Assembly: GCA_049582105.1 (NCBI GenBank)
Contig: JBAUTG010000066.1
Span: forward strand, 5,661 to 69,660
Direction of reading: 5' to 3'
Source of the DNA: Candidatus Dormiibacterota bacterium
Lineage (GTDB): Bacteria > Chloroflexota > Dormibacteria > Aeolococcales > Aeolococcaceae
Length of the DNA stretch: 64,000 bases
Part shown: positions 35,714 through 45,922 of the stretch, piece after piece
Layout of the letters: each line of letters begins with the position of its first letter
Position numbering within the stretch: position 1 is the first letter of the stretch
Translations under genes and position numbers: made by a program
The notes under the pieces: model-generated
What the model saw: the letters and a program-made list of their open reading frames with translations, nothing else
Databases searched by the model: none
Told to the model about the DNA's origin: nothing

Positions 35714-36370
35714 ATGACCCTGTCGCTAGGCTCCACCGCGCCGGATTTTGAGGCCGACACCACCCAGGGGAGGATCCACTTTCACGATTGGATCGGGGAT
35801 TCCTGGGCCGTGCTCTTCTCGCACCCCAAGGACTTCACGCCGGTTTGCACCACCGAGCTCGGCTACATGGCCAACATCCAGCCGGAGTTCGATCGCCGCA
35901 ACGTGAAGATCATCGGCCTGTCGGTGGATCCGCTGGAGCGGCACGAGCAGTGGGCGGATGACATCGAGGAGACCCAGGGAGCGCGGCCGACGTATCCGAT
36001 CATCGCCGACAAGGATTTCAACGTTGCCAAGCTGTACGAGATGCTGCCGGCGAGCGTGTCCGGAGACGCGACACAGCGCACCCCGGCGGACAACCAGACG
36101 GTGCGCAACGTGTTCGTGATCGGCCCGGACAAGAAGATCAAGTTGATCCTGGTGTACCCGATGACGACCGGACGCAACTTCGACGAGGTGCTGCGGGTGA
36201 TCGACTCGCTGCAGCTGACGGCGAAGCACCCGGTCTCGACGCCGGCGAACTGGAAGCAGGGCGAAGACGTGATCATCGCGGGCTCGGTATCGAACGACGA
36301 GGCGAAGGAGCTCTTCCCCGGCTACCGGTCCCCGAAGCCCTACATCCGCATCACCGCGCAACCAAAATAG
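35714..36370 (+). CDS. 1-Cys peroxiredoxin (Prx6 type)
   Basis: LGSTAPDFEADTTQGRIHFHDW and FTPVCTTE peroxidatic-Cys motif; CAGGAGGA RBS; 218 aa. Confidence 0.9.
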   Translation: MTLSLGSTAPDFEADTTQGRIHFHDWIGDSWAVLFSHPKDFTPVCTTELGYMANIQPEFDRRNVKIIGLSVDPLERHEQWADDIEETQGARPTYPIIADKDFNVAKLYEMLPASVSGDATQRTPADNQTVRNVFVIGPDKKIKLILVYPMTTGRNFDEVLRVIDSLQLTAKHPVSTPANWKQGEDVIIAGSVSNDEAKELFPGYRSPKPYIRITAQPK

Positions 36371-36376
36371 GGGCGA

Positions 36377-36406
36377 GGCGGCCTCACCAGTGGGGGTGAG
36401 CCCGCC
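36377..36406 (+). terminator. terminator-like hairpin
   Basis: GGCGG-c-CTCACC agtggg GGTGAG-c-CCGCC, immediately after the prx stop. Confidence 0.3.
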
Positions 36407-36450
36407 TGCTGAAAGGCGCTACATCACGTCGGGCGCTACCATGCGAACGT

Positions 36451-38514
36451 ATGTTCGGATGGCTCGAGGACCTCACCGACGCCCAGCGGAAGGCGGTCAC
36501 GCACGAAGGCGGGCCGCTTCGGGTTCTCGCGGGAGCGGGAACCGGCAAGACGACGACGCTCTCGGCGCGGGTCGCCTGGCTGATCGCGACCGGGACGCCA
36601 CCCGAGCGGATCCTCCTGCTCACCTTCACGAGACGCGCCGCACGGCAGATGGTCTCGCGAACCTCCGCGCTCCTCGCATCAGTTGGGCTTGACCGGGGAG
36701 CCGGGCAACCCGCCGGCCGGGTGGTCGGGGGCACGTTCCACGCGATCGCACATCAGACCCTCCGTCGTTTCGCGGCGACGCTGGGCATTCCCGAGGGTTT
36801 CTCGATCCTCGATGCCGCCGACGCCGCTGATGTCATCGACCTCGTGCGTGATGAGCAGGGACATGCGGGCGCGACTCGGCGACGGTTTCCGCGCAAGACG
36901 CTCCTGATCGATCTCTATTCGACCGCGGTGAACACTGGTCGTCCGCTCTCGTCCGTCGTGTCCGAGATCGCGCCCTGGGCGGACGATTTCGTCGAACCGA
37001 TCTCAGCGATCTGCCGCGGGTACGTCCACCGCAAACGGTCTGCCGGGCTCGTCGATCTCGACGATCTGCTTCTGCTCTGGCGCGCAGCCGTGCAGGATGA
37101 CCGTCTCGGCCCGCGCCTTGCCGGCGCCTACGATCACGTGCTCGTCGATGAGTATCAGGACGTCAACGATTTGCAGGTGGATGTGCTTGGGGGATTGCGG
37201 CGTGGTGATCCCCGCATCACGGTCGTCGGTGATGACGCGCAGGCGCTGTACTCGTTTCGCGCCGCGGAGCCCCGGCATATTCTCGAGTTCGAGACAGCCT
37301 TCCCCGGAGCGACGACCGTGGTGCTCGAGACGAACTACCGCTCGAGCCAGCAGATTCTCGCCGTCGCCAACGCCGTCGGCGCCGAGGCGACCGTGGGATT
37401 CTCAGCGGTGCTCCGAGCGGCGCGGAATGTCGCCGGCGCGACCCCGCAACTCGTCCGCTGCGCCGACGAGGACGCGCAGACCGAGGCCGTCTGCGAGCGC
37501 ATCCTTGCGCATCGCGAGGCTGGAATCGCATTGCAGGAGCAGGTGGTGCTTGTTCGTGCGGCGCATCACTCAGCGTTGCTGGAGCTGGAGCTCGGGGCCC
37601 GTCGCATCCCTTATGTCAAGTACGGCGGCCTGCGATTCGTGGAGGCCGCGCACGTCAAGGACATGCTCGCCGCATTCCGCGTGGCCGACAACCCACGAGA
37701 CGTCGTCGCGTGGTTTCGAGTGCTCCAACTGCTCCCCGGCGTCGGCCCTGCGACGGCGCGACGTGTTGCAGGCGCACTCGGACTGTTTGCATCGGACGTC
37801 GTGGAATCCGGCGACGACGTACATCGGCGCTGGCCACTCGCCGCTGCCGAGCTTCCTGAGGTCGTGCAACCCGCTGCGTCGATGCTGGTCGAGGCATTCA
37901 CCGCGCGAGGAGGGGAGATGGTCGCGACCCACGCCGAACGACTGCGCGTGGCACTTGCACCGTTGATCGAGGCGGCATATCCCGATCCCGGAACGAGGCT
38001 CGCCGACCTGGACACGCTCGTCGCCGCAAGCGCCAAAGCGGCGCGTCTCTCCGATGTCGCGGCCGACTACGTGCTCGAGCCACCACGGTCCACGTCTGCG
38101 CTCGCCGGACCGCCGAGCGTCGACGAGGACTGGCTCGTCATCTCAACGGTGCACTCCGCGAAGGGACTCGAGTGGGACGTCGTGCACCTGCTGAACGCAA
38201 CCGACGGCAATATTCCGTCGGACATGGCACTCGGTTCACAGGCAGGGCTCGACGAGGAGCGGCGCGTGCTGTATGTGGCGCTCACGCGAGCGCGAAACGC
38301 ACTGCACATGTACATGCCGGAGCGCTATCACCATCATCCACATGGTCGCGACGACCGGCACGGGTGGGCACAGCCATCGCGATTCCTCACCGATCGTGTC
38401 CGGGCGCGATGCGAGGAGATCATCGCCGCGGGGAACCGGCCGATGGCGGCCGATGCACAGCCCGTCGAGGCGCTCGATCGAATCGGTGTCGCACTCGACG
38501 CGCTCTGGTCATAG
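36451..38514 (+). CDS. UvrD/Rep/PcrA-family ATP-dependent DNA helicase
   Basis: Helicase motifs AGAGTGKTT, LLLTFTRRAA, VLVDEYQDVN, VGDDAQALYSFRAA, LETNYRSSQ, STVHSAKGLEWD and YVALTRA. Confidence 0.85.
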   Translation: MFGWLEDLTDAQRKAVTHEGGPLRVLAGAGTGKTTTLSARVAWLIATGTPPERILLLTFTRRAARQMVSRTSALLASVGLDRGAGQPAGRVVGGTFHAIAHQTLRRFAATLGIPEGFSILDAADAADVIDLVRDEQGHAGATRRRFPRKTLLIDLYSTAVNTGRPLSSVVSEIAPWADDFVEPISAICRGYVHRKRSAGLVDLDDLLLLWRAAVQDDRLGPRLAGAYDHVLVDEYQDVNDLQVDVLGGLRRGDPRITVVGDDAQALYSFRAAEPRHILEFETAFPGATTVVLETNYRSSQQILAVANAVGAEATVGFSAVLRAARNVAGATPQLVRCADEDAQTEAVCERILAHREAGIALQEQVVLVRAAHHSALLELELGARRIPYVKYGGLRFVEAAHVKDMLAAFRVADNPRDVVAWFRVLQLLPGVGPATARRVAGALGLFASDVVESGDDVHRRWPLAAAELPEVVQPAASMLVEAFTARGGEMVATHAERLRVALAPLIEAAYPDPGTRLADLDTLVAASAKAARLSDVAADYVLEPPRSTSALAGPPSVDEDWLVISTVHSAKGLEWDVVHLLNATDGNIPSDMALGSQAGLDEERRVLYVALTRARNALHMYMPERYHHHPHGRDDRHGWAQPSRFLTDRVRARCEEIIAAGNRPMAADAQPVEALDRIGVALDALWS

Positions 38515-38529
38515 ACTGAAACCCGTCCC

Positions 38530-39153
38530 ATGAAAGCGCGCAGCCGGCTTGTCCTGTGCATGGCCTGCGGCATCGTCGCCTTTGTCGTCACCTTGGTGGT
38601 CACCGAGTGGGAGGTGGCGGTGCTGGCCGGCTGGGACGTGAGCGCGGCGGTGTTCATCACGATCGTCTTCATCGACATCCGTGGGAAGGACGCCGCGCAG
38701 ACGGAGAAAGCAGCGCGGGCGGAGGACGACTCCCGCACGGCCGCCGAGGCGATCCTGGTCGGCGCGAGCGTCTTCAGCCTGGTGGGCGTCGCCTTCGCGT
38801 TGATCGCCGCGAGCTCCGCGCACGGAGCGGTGAAGTCGGGGATGACCACTCTCGTCGTGGTGAGCGTTGTGCTGTCCTGGGCGGCGGTACACGCGGTGTT
38901 CACGCTGCGCTACGCGCGCCTCTATTACGCGGCCGACGGCGGCATCGACTTCCATTCCGACGCGCCGCCGGACTATGGTGACTTCCTGTATGTGGCGCTG
39001 ACCATCGGCATGACCTTTCAGGCATCGGACACCGACTTGAACGCGAAGGTGATCCGGATGACGGCCATCCGTCACGCCCTGCTGTCGTATCTCTTCGGGG
39101 TGGTGGTGCTCGGAACGACGATCAACGTCATCGCCACTCTGTTGTCGAAATAG
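38530..39153 (+). CDS. DUF1345-family membrane protein
   Basis: Contains FTLRYARLYY..GGIDF..PDYGDFLYVALTIGMTFQASDTDL and four hydrophobic helices. Confidence 0.7.
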   Translation: MKARSRLVLCMACGIVAFVVTLVVTEWEVAVLAGWDVSAAVFITIVFIDIRGKDAAQTEKAARAEDDSRTAAEAILVGASVFSLVGVAFALIAASSAHGAVKSGMTTLVVVSVVLSWAAVHAVFTLRYARLYYAADGGIDFHSDAPPDYGDFLYVALTIGMTFQASDTDLNAKVIRMTAIRHALLSYLFGVVVLGTTINVIATLLSK

Positions 39154-39383
39154 CCGCCTCGACACTGTTGACGCCAGGTGCCGGAGCGACGCGCGCTCTT
39201 CCCCGAGTATCGCGATGTGTACGCCAGCGAGCAGACGCCCGTCAGGCGAATTCGTCACCGTCGTCGCCGGGTACTGATGCCGGCAGACGATCCATCAGCG
39301 CCCATCCCTCCCTCGCGGCGGCGTCCCGGCATAGGCTGCCCTGTACCGGCACGGGGCGCCGCCGTCTTCATTTCCCAATGCCA

Positions 39384-40106
39384 TCAGCCGTTCGGCTCGA
39401 TCTGCACGTCGCCCGACGCCACCGAGACGGAGATCGTGTTCGCCGACGACGGGTCGGTCGGGACGCCGATGCGTGTATTGCCTGAATCGGAGTGTGCTGC
39501 AACGTTGTACGCCTGGTCACCGGGTGGCAGCGAGACGCTGACGTCTCCGGAGCTGTCCTGCACGGCGAGGCGCCGGGGCACCGCGGTGAAGTCGAGCGAC
39601 ACGGTGCCGGAGTCGTCGTTCGCCGTCACGTCGGACGATGTCAGACCAGTTGCGGTGATGTCGCCGGAGTCGGCCCGCAGGCTCGTCACCCCGGTGATCG
39701 ACGTGGCGCGGACATCGCCGGAAGCGGTCCGCAGTGTGACGTTGCCGAGGTTCGCTGCTGTGACGTCCCCGGACCCCGATGACGCGGTGATGTCAGCGCT
39801 CGCCGGCACCTCGACGCTGATGCGCACTGAGCAACCCTGGAACAATGACAGCTGGCACGACGCCTTGATCGCGACGCTCGATCCGGGCGTTGAGACGGTG
39901 AGTGTCGGCTTCACCAGGCTGTAGTCGACGACTCCGGACACGTGAATGCTGTTGTCGGCGCTCGGCGTCACACTGTGAGGTCGCCGCTGTCGATGGCGAC
40001 ACTGGCCGCGCCGCCGTTCCAGCGGGCCGAGGACCTGACGAAGCGGGCCGGCGACAGGGCTGCCGGGATGGCTCTCGGCAGCGGGTGTGGCTGCGCTCTC
40101 GATCAT
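39384..40106 (-). CDS. DUF4097-type (SGD-repeat beta-helix, putative adhesin) protein; 5' part possibly frame-disrupted
   Basis: Repeated SGDV/SGDI/SGTV strands run through the C-terminal 170 aa. The N-terminal roughly 50 codons of the listed frame are Arg-rich, while another frame looks DUF4097-like there (see findings). Confidence 0.55.
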   Translation of the reverse strand: MIESAATPAAESHPGSPVAGPLRQVLGPLERRRGQCRHRQRRPHSVTPSADNSIHVSGVVDYSLVKPTLTVSTPGSSVAIKASCQLSLFQGCSVRISVEVPASADITASSGSGDVTAANLGNVTLRTASGDVRATSITGVTSLRADSGDITATGLTSSDVTANDDSGTVSLDFTAVPRRLAVQDSSGDVSVSLPPGDQAYNVAAHSDSGNTRIGVPTDPSSANTISVSVASGDVQIEPNG

Positions 40107-40175
40107 GGCCCAAGCCTACGCACGCCACGGGCGCCCGCCTATCCGGCCACCCCACGAATCTGCGGGAGGGTAGCC

Positions 40176-42047
40176 TCAGGAGGACTCGGTGGGAATCCAG
40201 ACGGTCATGGATCCAGGCAATCGGTTGGCCCACAGGAAATAGGGGATGGCGGTGAGCGCGGTCGGGCTGTGGTGGTCGCCCACCTCCTCCCGCCGCCGAT
40301 ACAGGACGTCCCAGCCGATGGACGATCGCCTCAGGCCGTTTCCCACGACCTCAATTGCCCCACCGAGCAGGTCCTCACGCCATCGCGCCCGCAGCTCCGT
40401 GGCCGGGTCGATCGCGATCGTGGCGGCGTCCGCCTCATCCGGCTGATCGCAGCCCTCGATGCAGTAGACGAGTGGTCCTCGCACGATCGCCACTGACTCA
40501 CGTGCGGACTCAACCAGAGGATTCGCTGCCGTGAGCGTCACGGGCATCTGCATGGTGAGCACGACCACATCACCGACCTGCCACCGGCGGCCGACGGTCG
40601 CGTAGCCGTTCTCTCTCGCGTGGTCAACCGAGGACCCGTTGACCGAAACCGTCGGGTGCCGGCACCAGCCGGGGAGACGGAGGGACAGATCACGTGCCTC
40701 GCCGTGGGCGGCGAGCACCTCGACGGTGACGGTTCCGTCCCACGGGTAGTCCGTGCGGATCTCAAGGGACAGACCCTCGTACGTCATCGTGCCCGACGCG
40801 TATTGATGTATCTGGATCCCGTTGTCGTTGCCGGTCGCGACGTAATGGGCGAGCGATGCGATGAGTCGCATGACGTTCGGCGGGCAGCATGCGCACTCGT
40901 ACCACGGTGCCCGTACCGTTTCCCCCCGGCTCGACAGCGGATTCTCATAGAAGAACGTGGTCCCGTCGACCCCGATCCCGCTCAGCACCGCGTTGTAGAG
41001 CGTCCACTCGATCAGGTCCGCGTACCTCGAATCACCCGTGGCGAGCAGCATCCGCCAGTTCCAGAACACACTGCCGATGGCAGCGCACGTCTCCGCATAT
41101 GCGGTCGCCGACGGAAGCTCGTACGGCTCTCCGAAGCTCTCGCTGAACTGCCGTGAGCCGATCGCGCCCGTGATGTACAGCTTGTGCCGGACCATGTCCT
41201 CCCACTGCCCTTGCGCAGAGGCGAGTAGCGCTTCGTCGCCGGTCTCGAGCGCGACGTCGACGATGCCGCTCAGCAGGTACGCGGCCCGGACCGCGTGGCC
41301 TTCGATGGTTGTCGCTTCGCGAATTGGGACGCGATCCTGGTAGTACGAGGGATCGTAGAAGCGCGCCGTGCTCAGCAGCCCGCTGCCCCGATGATCGAGG
41401 AAGAACGTGGCGAGCTCCAGGGCGGTCGCGTCTCCAGTGTGCCGGTACAGCTCGACGAGCGCGCTCTCGACCTCGGGGTGCCCGGGCACGCCGATGCGCC
41501 TGTCCCTGCCGAACGTCGCCTGGACGCACTGCACCGCGTGCTCGGCGACATGCAACAACCGGTCGCCGCCCGTCGCACGCGCCATCGCGATCCCCGCCTG
41601 CACCAGGTGGCCGATGCAGTACAGCTCGTGGCCGTGCGGCAGGTCCGTCCATCGCTCGGTGGGATGGACCACCTGCCAGTACGAGTTGATGTAGCCGTCG
41701 GGCATCTGCGCAGCGGCGACGATGTCGGTCAGCGTGTCGACCCGGTCTTGCAATGCCGGGTCGGGCCGGCGTCCGATTTCCCATGCCGCAGCTTCGAGCC
41801 ACTTGTACACGTCCGAGTCCATGAAGACGGGCCCGCGGAACGCACCGCCGCCGGCCGCCGCGTTGCGGAGGTTGTCGAGATTGCCCGCCTGCTCGAGCAT
41901 CGCGTGCGCGTGGTCGATCGAGCGCTCGCGGTTGATCCGCTGCCGCTGCTCCCAGAAGCCGTCGCCGAACGCAAACGCATTGGTGGGCAGAGTCCGAAGC
42001 CGGGCACGTGGGCTCGAGGACACGTCAACCGGGCCGGGACTATTCAT
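40176..42047 (-). CDS. glycoside hydrolase family 127 (DUF1680, beta-L-arabinofuranosidase-like)
   Basis: 623 aa with DUF1680-like strings (VFMDSDVYKWLEA, YAETCAAIGSVFW, YECACCPPN Cys cluster). Confidence 0.8.
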   Translation of the reverse strand: MNSPGPVDVSSSPRARLRTLPTNAFAFGDGFWEQRQRINRERSIDHAHAMLEQAGNLDNLRNAAAGGGAFRGPVFMDSDVYKWLEAAAWEIGRRPDPALQDRVDTLTDIVAAAQMPDGYINSYWQVVHPTERWTDLPHGHELYCIGHLVQAGIAMARATGGDRLLHVAEHAVQCVQATFGRDRRIGVPGHPEVESALVELYRHTGDATALELATFFLDHRGSGLLSTARFYDPSYYQDRVPIREATTIEGHAVRAAYLLSGIVDVALETGDEALLASAQGQWEDMVRHKLYITGAIGSRQFSESFGEPYELPSATAYAETCAAIGSVFWNWRMLLATGDSRYADLIEWTLYNAVLSGIGVDGTTFFYENPLSSRGETVRAPWYECACCPPNVMRLIASLAHYVATGNDNGIQIHQYASGTMTYEGLSLEIRTDYPWDGTVTVEVLAAHGEARDLSLRLPGWCRHPTVSVNGSSVDHARENGYATVGRRWQVGDVVVLTMQMPVTLTAANPLVESARESVAIVRGPLVYCIEGCDQPDEADAATIAIDPATELRARWREDLLGGAIEVVGNGLRRSSIGWDVLYRRREEVGDHHSPTALTAIPYFLWANRLPGSMTVWIPTESS

Positions 42048-42149
42048 CCATGCAGGGGCCTTGCGACGCGGGGGACGCGCCGGTTGATCTGGACCACGAT
42101 GCGCATCCTCCCAGAGAACGACCCCGACGACGAGCTCGTGAGCGACTGA

Positions 42150-42941
42150 CTACCGGACCCACGTTCCGGCGCCGGCCATCGCGCTGAAAAGAGGCCGCAT
42201 TGCACGTCCGTCGGCGACACAGGCGGCGCCGACCCCGCGTATGCGCGCGTCGGCGACGGCGCGGAGCTTGACGCGCGCACGGCCGCCGATGCGCGGGATC
42301 AACGTCTCCGCTTCATGCGGCGTGACACGCCCGATCAACGTTGTCTCGTCCCCGGGCTCGCGAAGCAGTCCCGGCGTGTCGGCGAAGATCATCAGACGCG
42401 ATGCACCAAGCGCGACGGCGATCTCCGCCGCGAGCCGGTCGCCATCGACGTTGATCGCCGTCCCGTCCTCGGCAGCGATCGGTGGGCTCATCACGGGCGT
42501 CATGCCGCGGGAGAGCAGGGAGCGCAGGAGCGCGCCATCGACGTGGTCGATGCTGCCGACGTGATTGCCGTGCAGCATCATGGTCCGGCCGTCACGCCGG
42601 ATGCGGAGGTCGGGGCGGCGCCTCCCACGCACGACGCCACCGTCGAGGCCGCAGAGACCGAAGGCGTCGACCCCGAGCTGACGCAGCCGTTCGACGATCC
42701 GCTTGTTCGCCTTGCCCGCGTATGCCATGAGGAAGTGATCCATGGTCGTCGCGTCCGTGTATCGACTCACATCTCCGTGTGGGGACTCGACCATCCGCGG
42801 CGGCGCGCCGAGTCGCGTCGAGAGGTCATCGAGATCGCGACTTGCACCGTGCACGAGCACCACCTGCTCCGTGGTCGCGGCGACGTCCTCGAGAAGGGGA
42901 TCGAGGTGACGGACACTGCCACCGATCTTCACGACGATCAT
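42150..42941 (-). CDS. lysZ: [LysW]-aminoadipate kinase (acetylglutamate-kinase family)
   Basis: MIVVKIGGS N-terminus and amino-acid-kinase fold. ATG 42941 shares one nucleotide with the lysY stop. Confidence 0.85.
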   Translation of the reverse strand: MIVVKIGGSVRHLDPLLEDVAATTEQVVLVHGASRDLDDLSTRLGAPPRMVESPHGDVSRYTDATTMDHFLMAYAGKANKRIVERLRQLGVDAFGLCGLDGGVVRGRRRPDLRIRRDGRTMMLHGNHVGSIDHVDGALLRSLLSRGMTPVMSPPIAAEDGTAINVDGDRLAAEIAVALGASRLMIFADTPGLLREPGDETTLIGRVTPHEAETLIPRIGGRARVKLRAVADARIRGVGAACVADGRAMRPLFSAMAGAGTWVR

Positions 42942-43987
42942 CAGATCGGATACAGCCCCCCGAATTCGAGCCCGAGCGTCTCCGGGAACCCGTGGCGGAC
43001 GTTGCAGGCCTGGACGGCCTGCCCCGCCGATCCCTTGCACAGGTTGTCGAGCGCCGAGGTCACGACCACGCGGCGCGAGTGGGGATCCCGTTCGAAGCCG
43101 ACGTCGCAGTAGTTGGTTCCGCTCAGCAGCTTTGGACTCGGGGAACGGAAGAGACCGGTGCGTGACTTCACAATTCGCACGAAGGGCTCTGTCGTGTATC
43201 GGGATCGATAGAGCTGCCAGATGTCGCGATCGTCGAGGTCGGCGGCGAGAAACGCGTGCGCGGTGACCAGCACCCCGCGTACCGCCTCAACCGCGGTGGC
43301 CGAAAAAGCAAGCTGCGGTCCGCTGTCGCCGAGGTGAAGCTCCTGGACGATCTCCGCAGTGTGCCGGTGCCCAGTCGGTGCGTAGGAGCGCAGCTCGCCG
43401 CTCCGGTGCGCATGATGCGAGGCGTCGCCCACCTGCGCGCCACCTGCGGAGGAGCCGACCTTCGCCTCAAGAACGATCGGCATCGACGTGTCGAGGACAC
43501 CTGCGCACACGAGTGGGGCGAGTCCGAGGATCGAGGCGGTCGCGAGGCATCCGCCTGCGGCGATCAGTGATGCGCCGGCGATCTCCGCGCGATGCAGCTC
43601 AGCAAGACCGTAGACCGCGCTTTCCAACGATGCGGGAGCCGGGTGTGTCCATCCGTACCAGCGTGGATAGTCCCGCGCGTCCCGTAACCTGAAGTCGGCA
43701 CCAAGGTCGACCCAGACCGGTGCGGCGGCGCGCAGCTGCTCGATATGCCTGCTCGACTCCCCGTGGCTCAGCGCGGAGAACACCACGTCCACAGACTCGA
43801 GCGTCTCTCGCGACGAGAAGCGCAGCTCCGTCCGTCCGCGCAGGGGAGGGTTGACCGATGCGACCGGTTTGCCGGCGAGTCGTTCAGAGGTGACCTGCAC
43901 GAGCGCGATCTCGGGATGCCCGGCGAGGATCCGGAGCAGCTCGCCACCCGCGTAGCCGGCGCCTCCGACGACCGCGGCGCGAATCAT
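42941..43987 (-). CDS. lysY: [LysW]-aminoadipyl-phosphate reductase (ArgC family)
   Basis: MIRAAVVGGAGYAGGELLR and a catalytic-Cys region (AAGGCLATA). It overlaps the lysK stop. Confidence 0.85.
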   Translation of the reverse strand: MIRAAVVGGAGYAGGELLRILAGHPEIALVQVTSERLAGKPVASVNPPLRGRTELRFSSRETLESVDVVFSALSHGESSRHIEQLRAAAPVWVDLGADFRLRDARDYPRWYGWTHPAPASLESAVYGLAELHRAEIAGASLIAAGGCLATASILGLAPLVCAGVLDTSMPIVLEAKVGSSAGGAQVGDASHHAHRSGELRSYAPTGHRHTAEIVQELHLGDSGPQLAFSATAVEAVRGVLVTAHAFLAADLDDRDIWQLYRSRYTTEPFVRIVKSRTGLFRSPSPKLLSGTNYCDVGFERDPHSRRVVVTSALDNLCKGSAGQAVQACNVRHGFPETLGLEFGGLYPI

Positions 43988-45048
43988 GTCTCGCGCAGCG
44001 CAACGTCGAGGACGTCGACTGCGCGCTCCAGCTCGGCGACCGACACGCATTCGTGAGGGGTGTGGTCAAGGGTCGCATCGCCCGGCCCGTAGGCAAGCGC
44101 AGGGCATCCCCATGCCGGAACGAGGATGTTCATATCCGACGTGCCCGTCTTCACCTTGAATCGTGGCGCCCCGCCGGCATCGCGAATGGCGCGGATGCAG
44201 GCGCGCGCAAGGCGGCTGTTGCGATCGGTTCGGACGCCGGGATCGCCACCGGATACGGTCACTGCCACGCCGGTATGCGATCGCGCGAGACCGACCAGCG
44301 CATCGATGTCGCACACCGGCGGCGTGCGGATCCCGATGTCGACCTCGGCGGTGTCGACCAGGCCGTCGGTCTCCGAGTGAAGGCGCAGCACGCGCATGTC
44401 GATGCGATCGAACACGCCGGCTTCACCGTTGGTCGCATTGGCGAAGTCCTGCAGCACTCGCACGAGATCGACACAGCGATCAGATGCGCTTGGCGCCCTT
44501 CCCGCGCCGTGTGTCTGCGGTTGCGACACCGCCATGTGCATGCGGAGGCTGCCCTTGTAGCCGATCGTCACCGCGTCCCATCCACTCGGCTCGAGGATGA
44601 TCAGCCCCTCCGGGGCCTGCATCGATGTGGCCAGGAAGCGCGCTCCGCGCGATGTCGACTCCTCCTCGACTGCACCCACAACGACGAACCGACGCCCGGC
44701 GTCGCGCGGCTGGCGGCTGACCGCGGCGATGGCCGCGGACAGCGGTCCCTTCGCGTCAACGGCACCGCGTCCGTGGAGCATCCCTCCGTCGCGACGGACA
44801 TCGATGTGGCCGGCGACGGTGTCGAGGTGCCCGACGAGCGCGAGAGTCTCCGGCCCGCTGCCCCATCCGGCGATCACGTTGCCCGCGTCGTCGAGCTCCG
44901 CGTCGAAACCCGCGGCGTCCAGGCGCGTCACAAGCATCTCCGCGAGGAGACCCTCGTTGCCGCTGACGCTCGGTACCGCGAGCATTGCGGTGAGCAACTC
45001 CACAACGTCAACGGCTGTGGCCGAGCGCGGGTGTGTCGCCGTGATCAT
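43984..45048 (-). CDS. lysK: [LysW]-lysine hydrolase (M20 peptidase, ArgE/LysK type)
   Basis: LLTAMLAVPSVSGNE ... LVGHLDTV M20 motifs. ATG 45048 lies 1 nt after the lysX stop. Confidence 0.8.
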   Translation of the reverse strand: MITATHPRSATAVDVVELLTAMLAVPSVSGNEGLLAEMLVTRLDAAGFDAELDDAGNVIAGWGSGPETLALVGHLDTVAGHIDVRRDGGMLHGRGAVDAKGPLSAAIAAVSRQPRDAGRRFVVVGAVEEESTSRGARFLATSMQAPEGLIILEPSGWDAVTIGYKGSLRMHMAVSQPQTHGAGRAPSASDRCVDLVRVLQDFANATNGEAGVFDRIDMRVLRLHSETDGLVDTAEVDIGIRTPPVCDIDALVGLARSHTGVAVTVSGGDPGVRTDRNSRLARACIRAIRDAGGAPRFKVKTGTSDMNILVPAWGCPALAYGPGDATLDHTPHECVSVAELERAVDVLDVALRET

Positions 45049-45049
45049 G

Positions 45050-45922
45050 TCAGGCACCAACTCCCGCGAAGGCGCCACGCGCGACGTCACGCACGTGGCC
45101 GGCCACCCGGCCGGGAATGTCCACGCCCGTGACATCGATGGAGTTGCGGAACTCCATGGTGGCGTTCACCTCGCTCACGAGCAGGCGCGCTCCGTCCTCG
45201 AGCAGGTCGATCGCGAGCACGCCACCACCGACGGCCGATGCCGCGCGGAGACACAGGTCGCGGAGCGCACCATCGACGGTGCAGTTGCGTGCGCTCGCTC
45301 CGCGCGCGGTGTTGGTGACCCAGTGCCCCGACTCGCGGTAGATCGCGCAGATCACGTCGTCCCCGACGACGAAGGCGCGGATGTCGCGCCCCGGCTTGTC
45401 GACGTGGCGCTGCAGGTAGAAGATCGAGTGCTCGGGGCCGCCGAGCACGGCCTTGTGCTCGAAGAGCGCCTCGGCGGCATCGCGATCGTTGATTCGCGCG
45501 AGGAGCCGTCCCCACGATCCGGTCACCGGCTTGAGCACGACCGGGTACCCCAGGTCCTCCGCGGCGCGTCGTGCGGCATCGGGGCTGAAGGCGATTGCGG
45601 TCGCCGGCGTCGGAATCCCGGCTGCGTCGAGGAGCGCGGACGTGTCGAGCTTGCTGGCGCACACGGCCGCGACCGCGTGATGATTGACGGTGGGAACACC
45701 CCACGACTCGAGTACGCGCAGGAGAGCGAGGCCGCGTGTCTGCGAGAGGCTGCGCTCCAGCACGACGTCCCATCTCCGGTTCGGGCGGTCGAGCGTGAGC
45801 GTCAACTCGCGATCGTCGACGACCTCGACCTCGAGACCCCGGTGTTCGAGTGCGTCTCGGAGGAGCTTCTCCTCGACGCGCATCCGGGAGCAGAGGAGAC
45901 CGACTCGCAGGTTGCTACTCAC
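45050..45922 (-). CDS. lysX: alpha-aminoadipate--LysW ligase (RimK-type ATP-grasp)
   Basis: RVGLLCSRMRVEEKLL N-terminus and ATP-grasp motifs. GTG 45922 lies inside the lysW tail (GGTGAGTAG). Confidence 0.85.
   Translation of the reverse strand: MSSNLRVGLLCSRMRVEEKLLRDALEHRGLEVEVVDDRELTLTLDRPNRRWDVVLERSLSQTRGLALLRVLESWGVPTVNHHAVAAVCASKLDTSALLDAAGIPTPATAIAFSPDAARRAAEDLGYPVVLKPVTGSWGRLLARINDRDAAEALFEHKAVLGGPEHSIFYLQRHVDKPGRDIRAFVVGDDVICAIYRESGHWVTNTARGASARNCTVDGALRDLCLRAASAVGGGVLAIDLLEDGARLLVSEVNATMEFRNSIDVTGVDIPGRVAGHVRDVARGAFAGVGA

Noticed and set aside
29764-36406. The two hairpins sharing CTCACC...GGTGAGCC (29764-29793 and 36377-36406) as members of a REP/MITE-like repeat family
   Set aside because: There are only two copies, the loops and outer stems differ, and both sit right after stop codons. 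They are more simply read as independent terminator-like hairpins.
39178-39924. 248-aa plus-strand ORF
   Set aside because: The opposite strand carries the repeated SGDV/SGDI strands of a DUF4097 protein. The plus-strand product is the compositional mirror (SPE/TSP-rich) with no known features.
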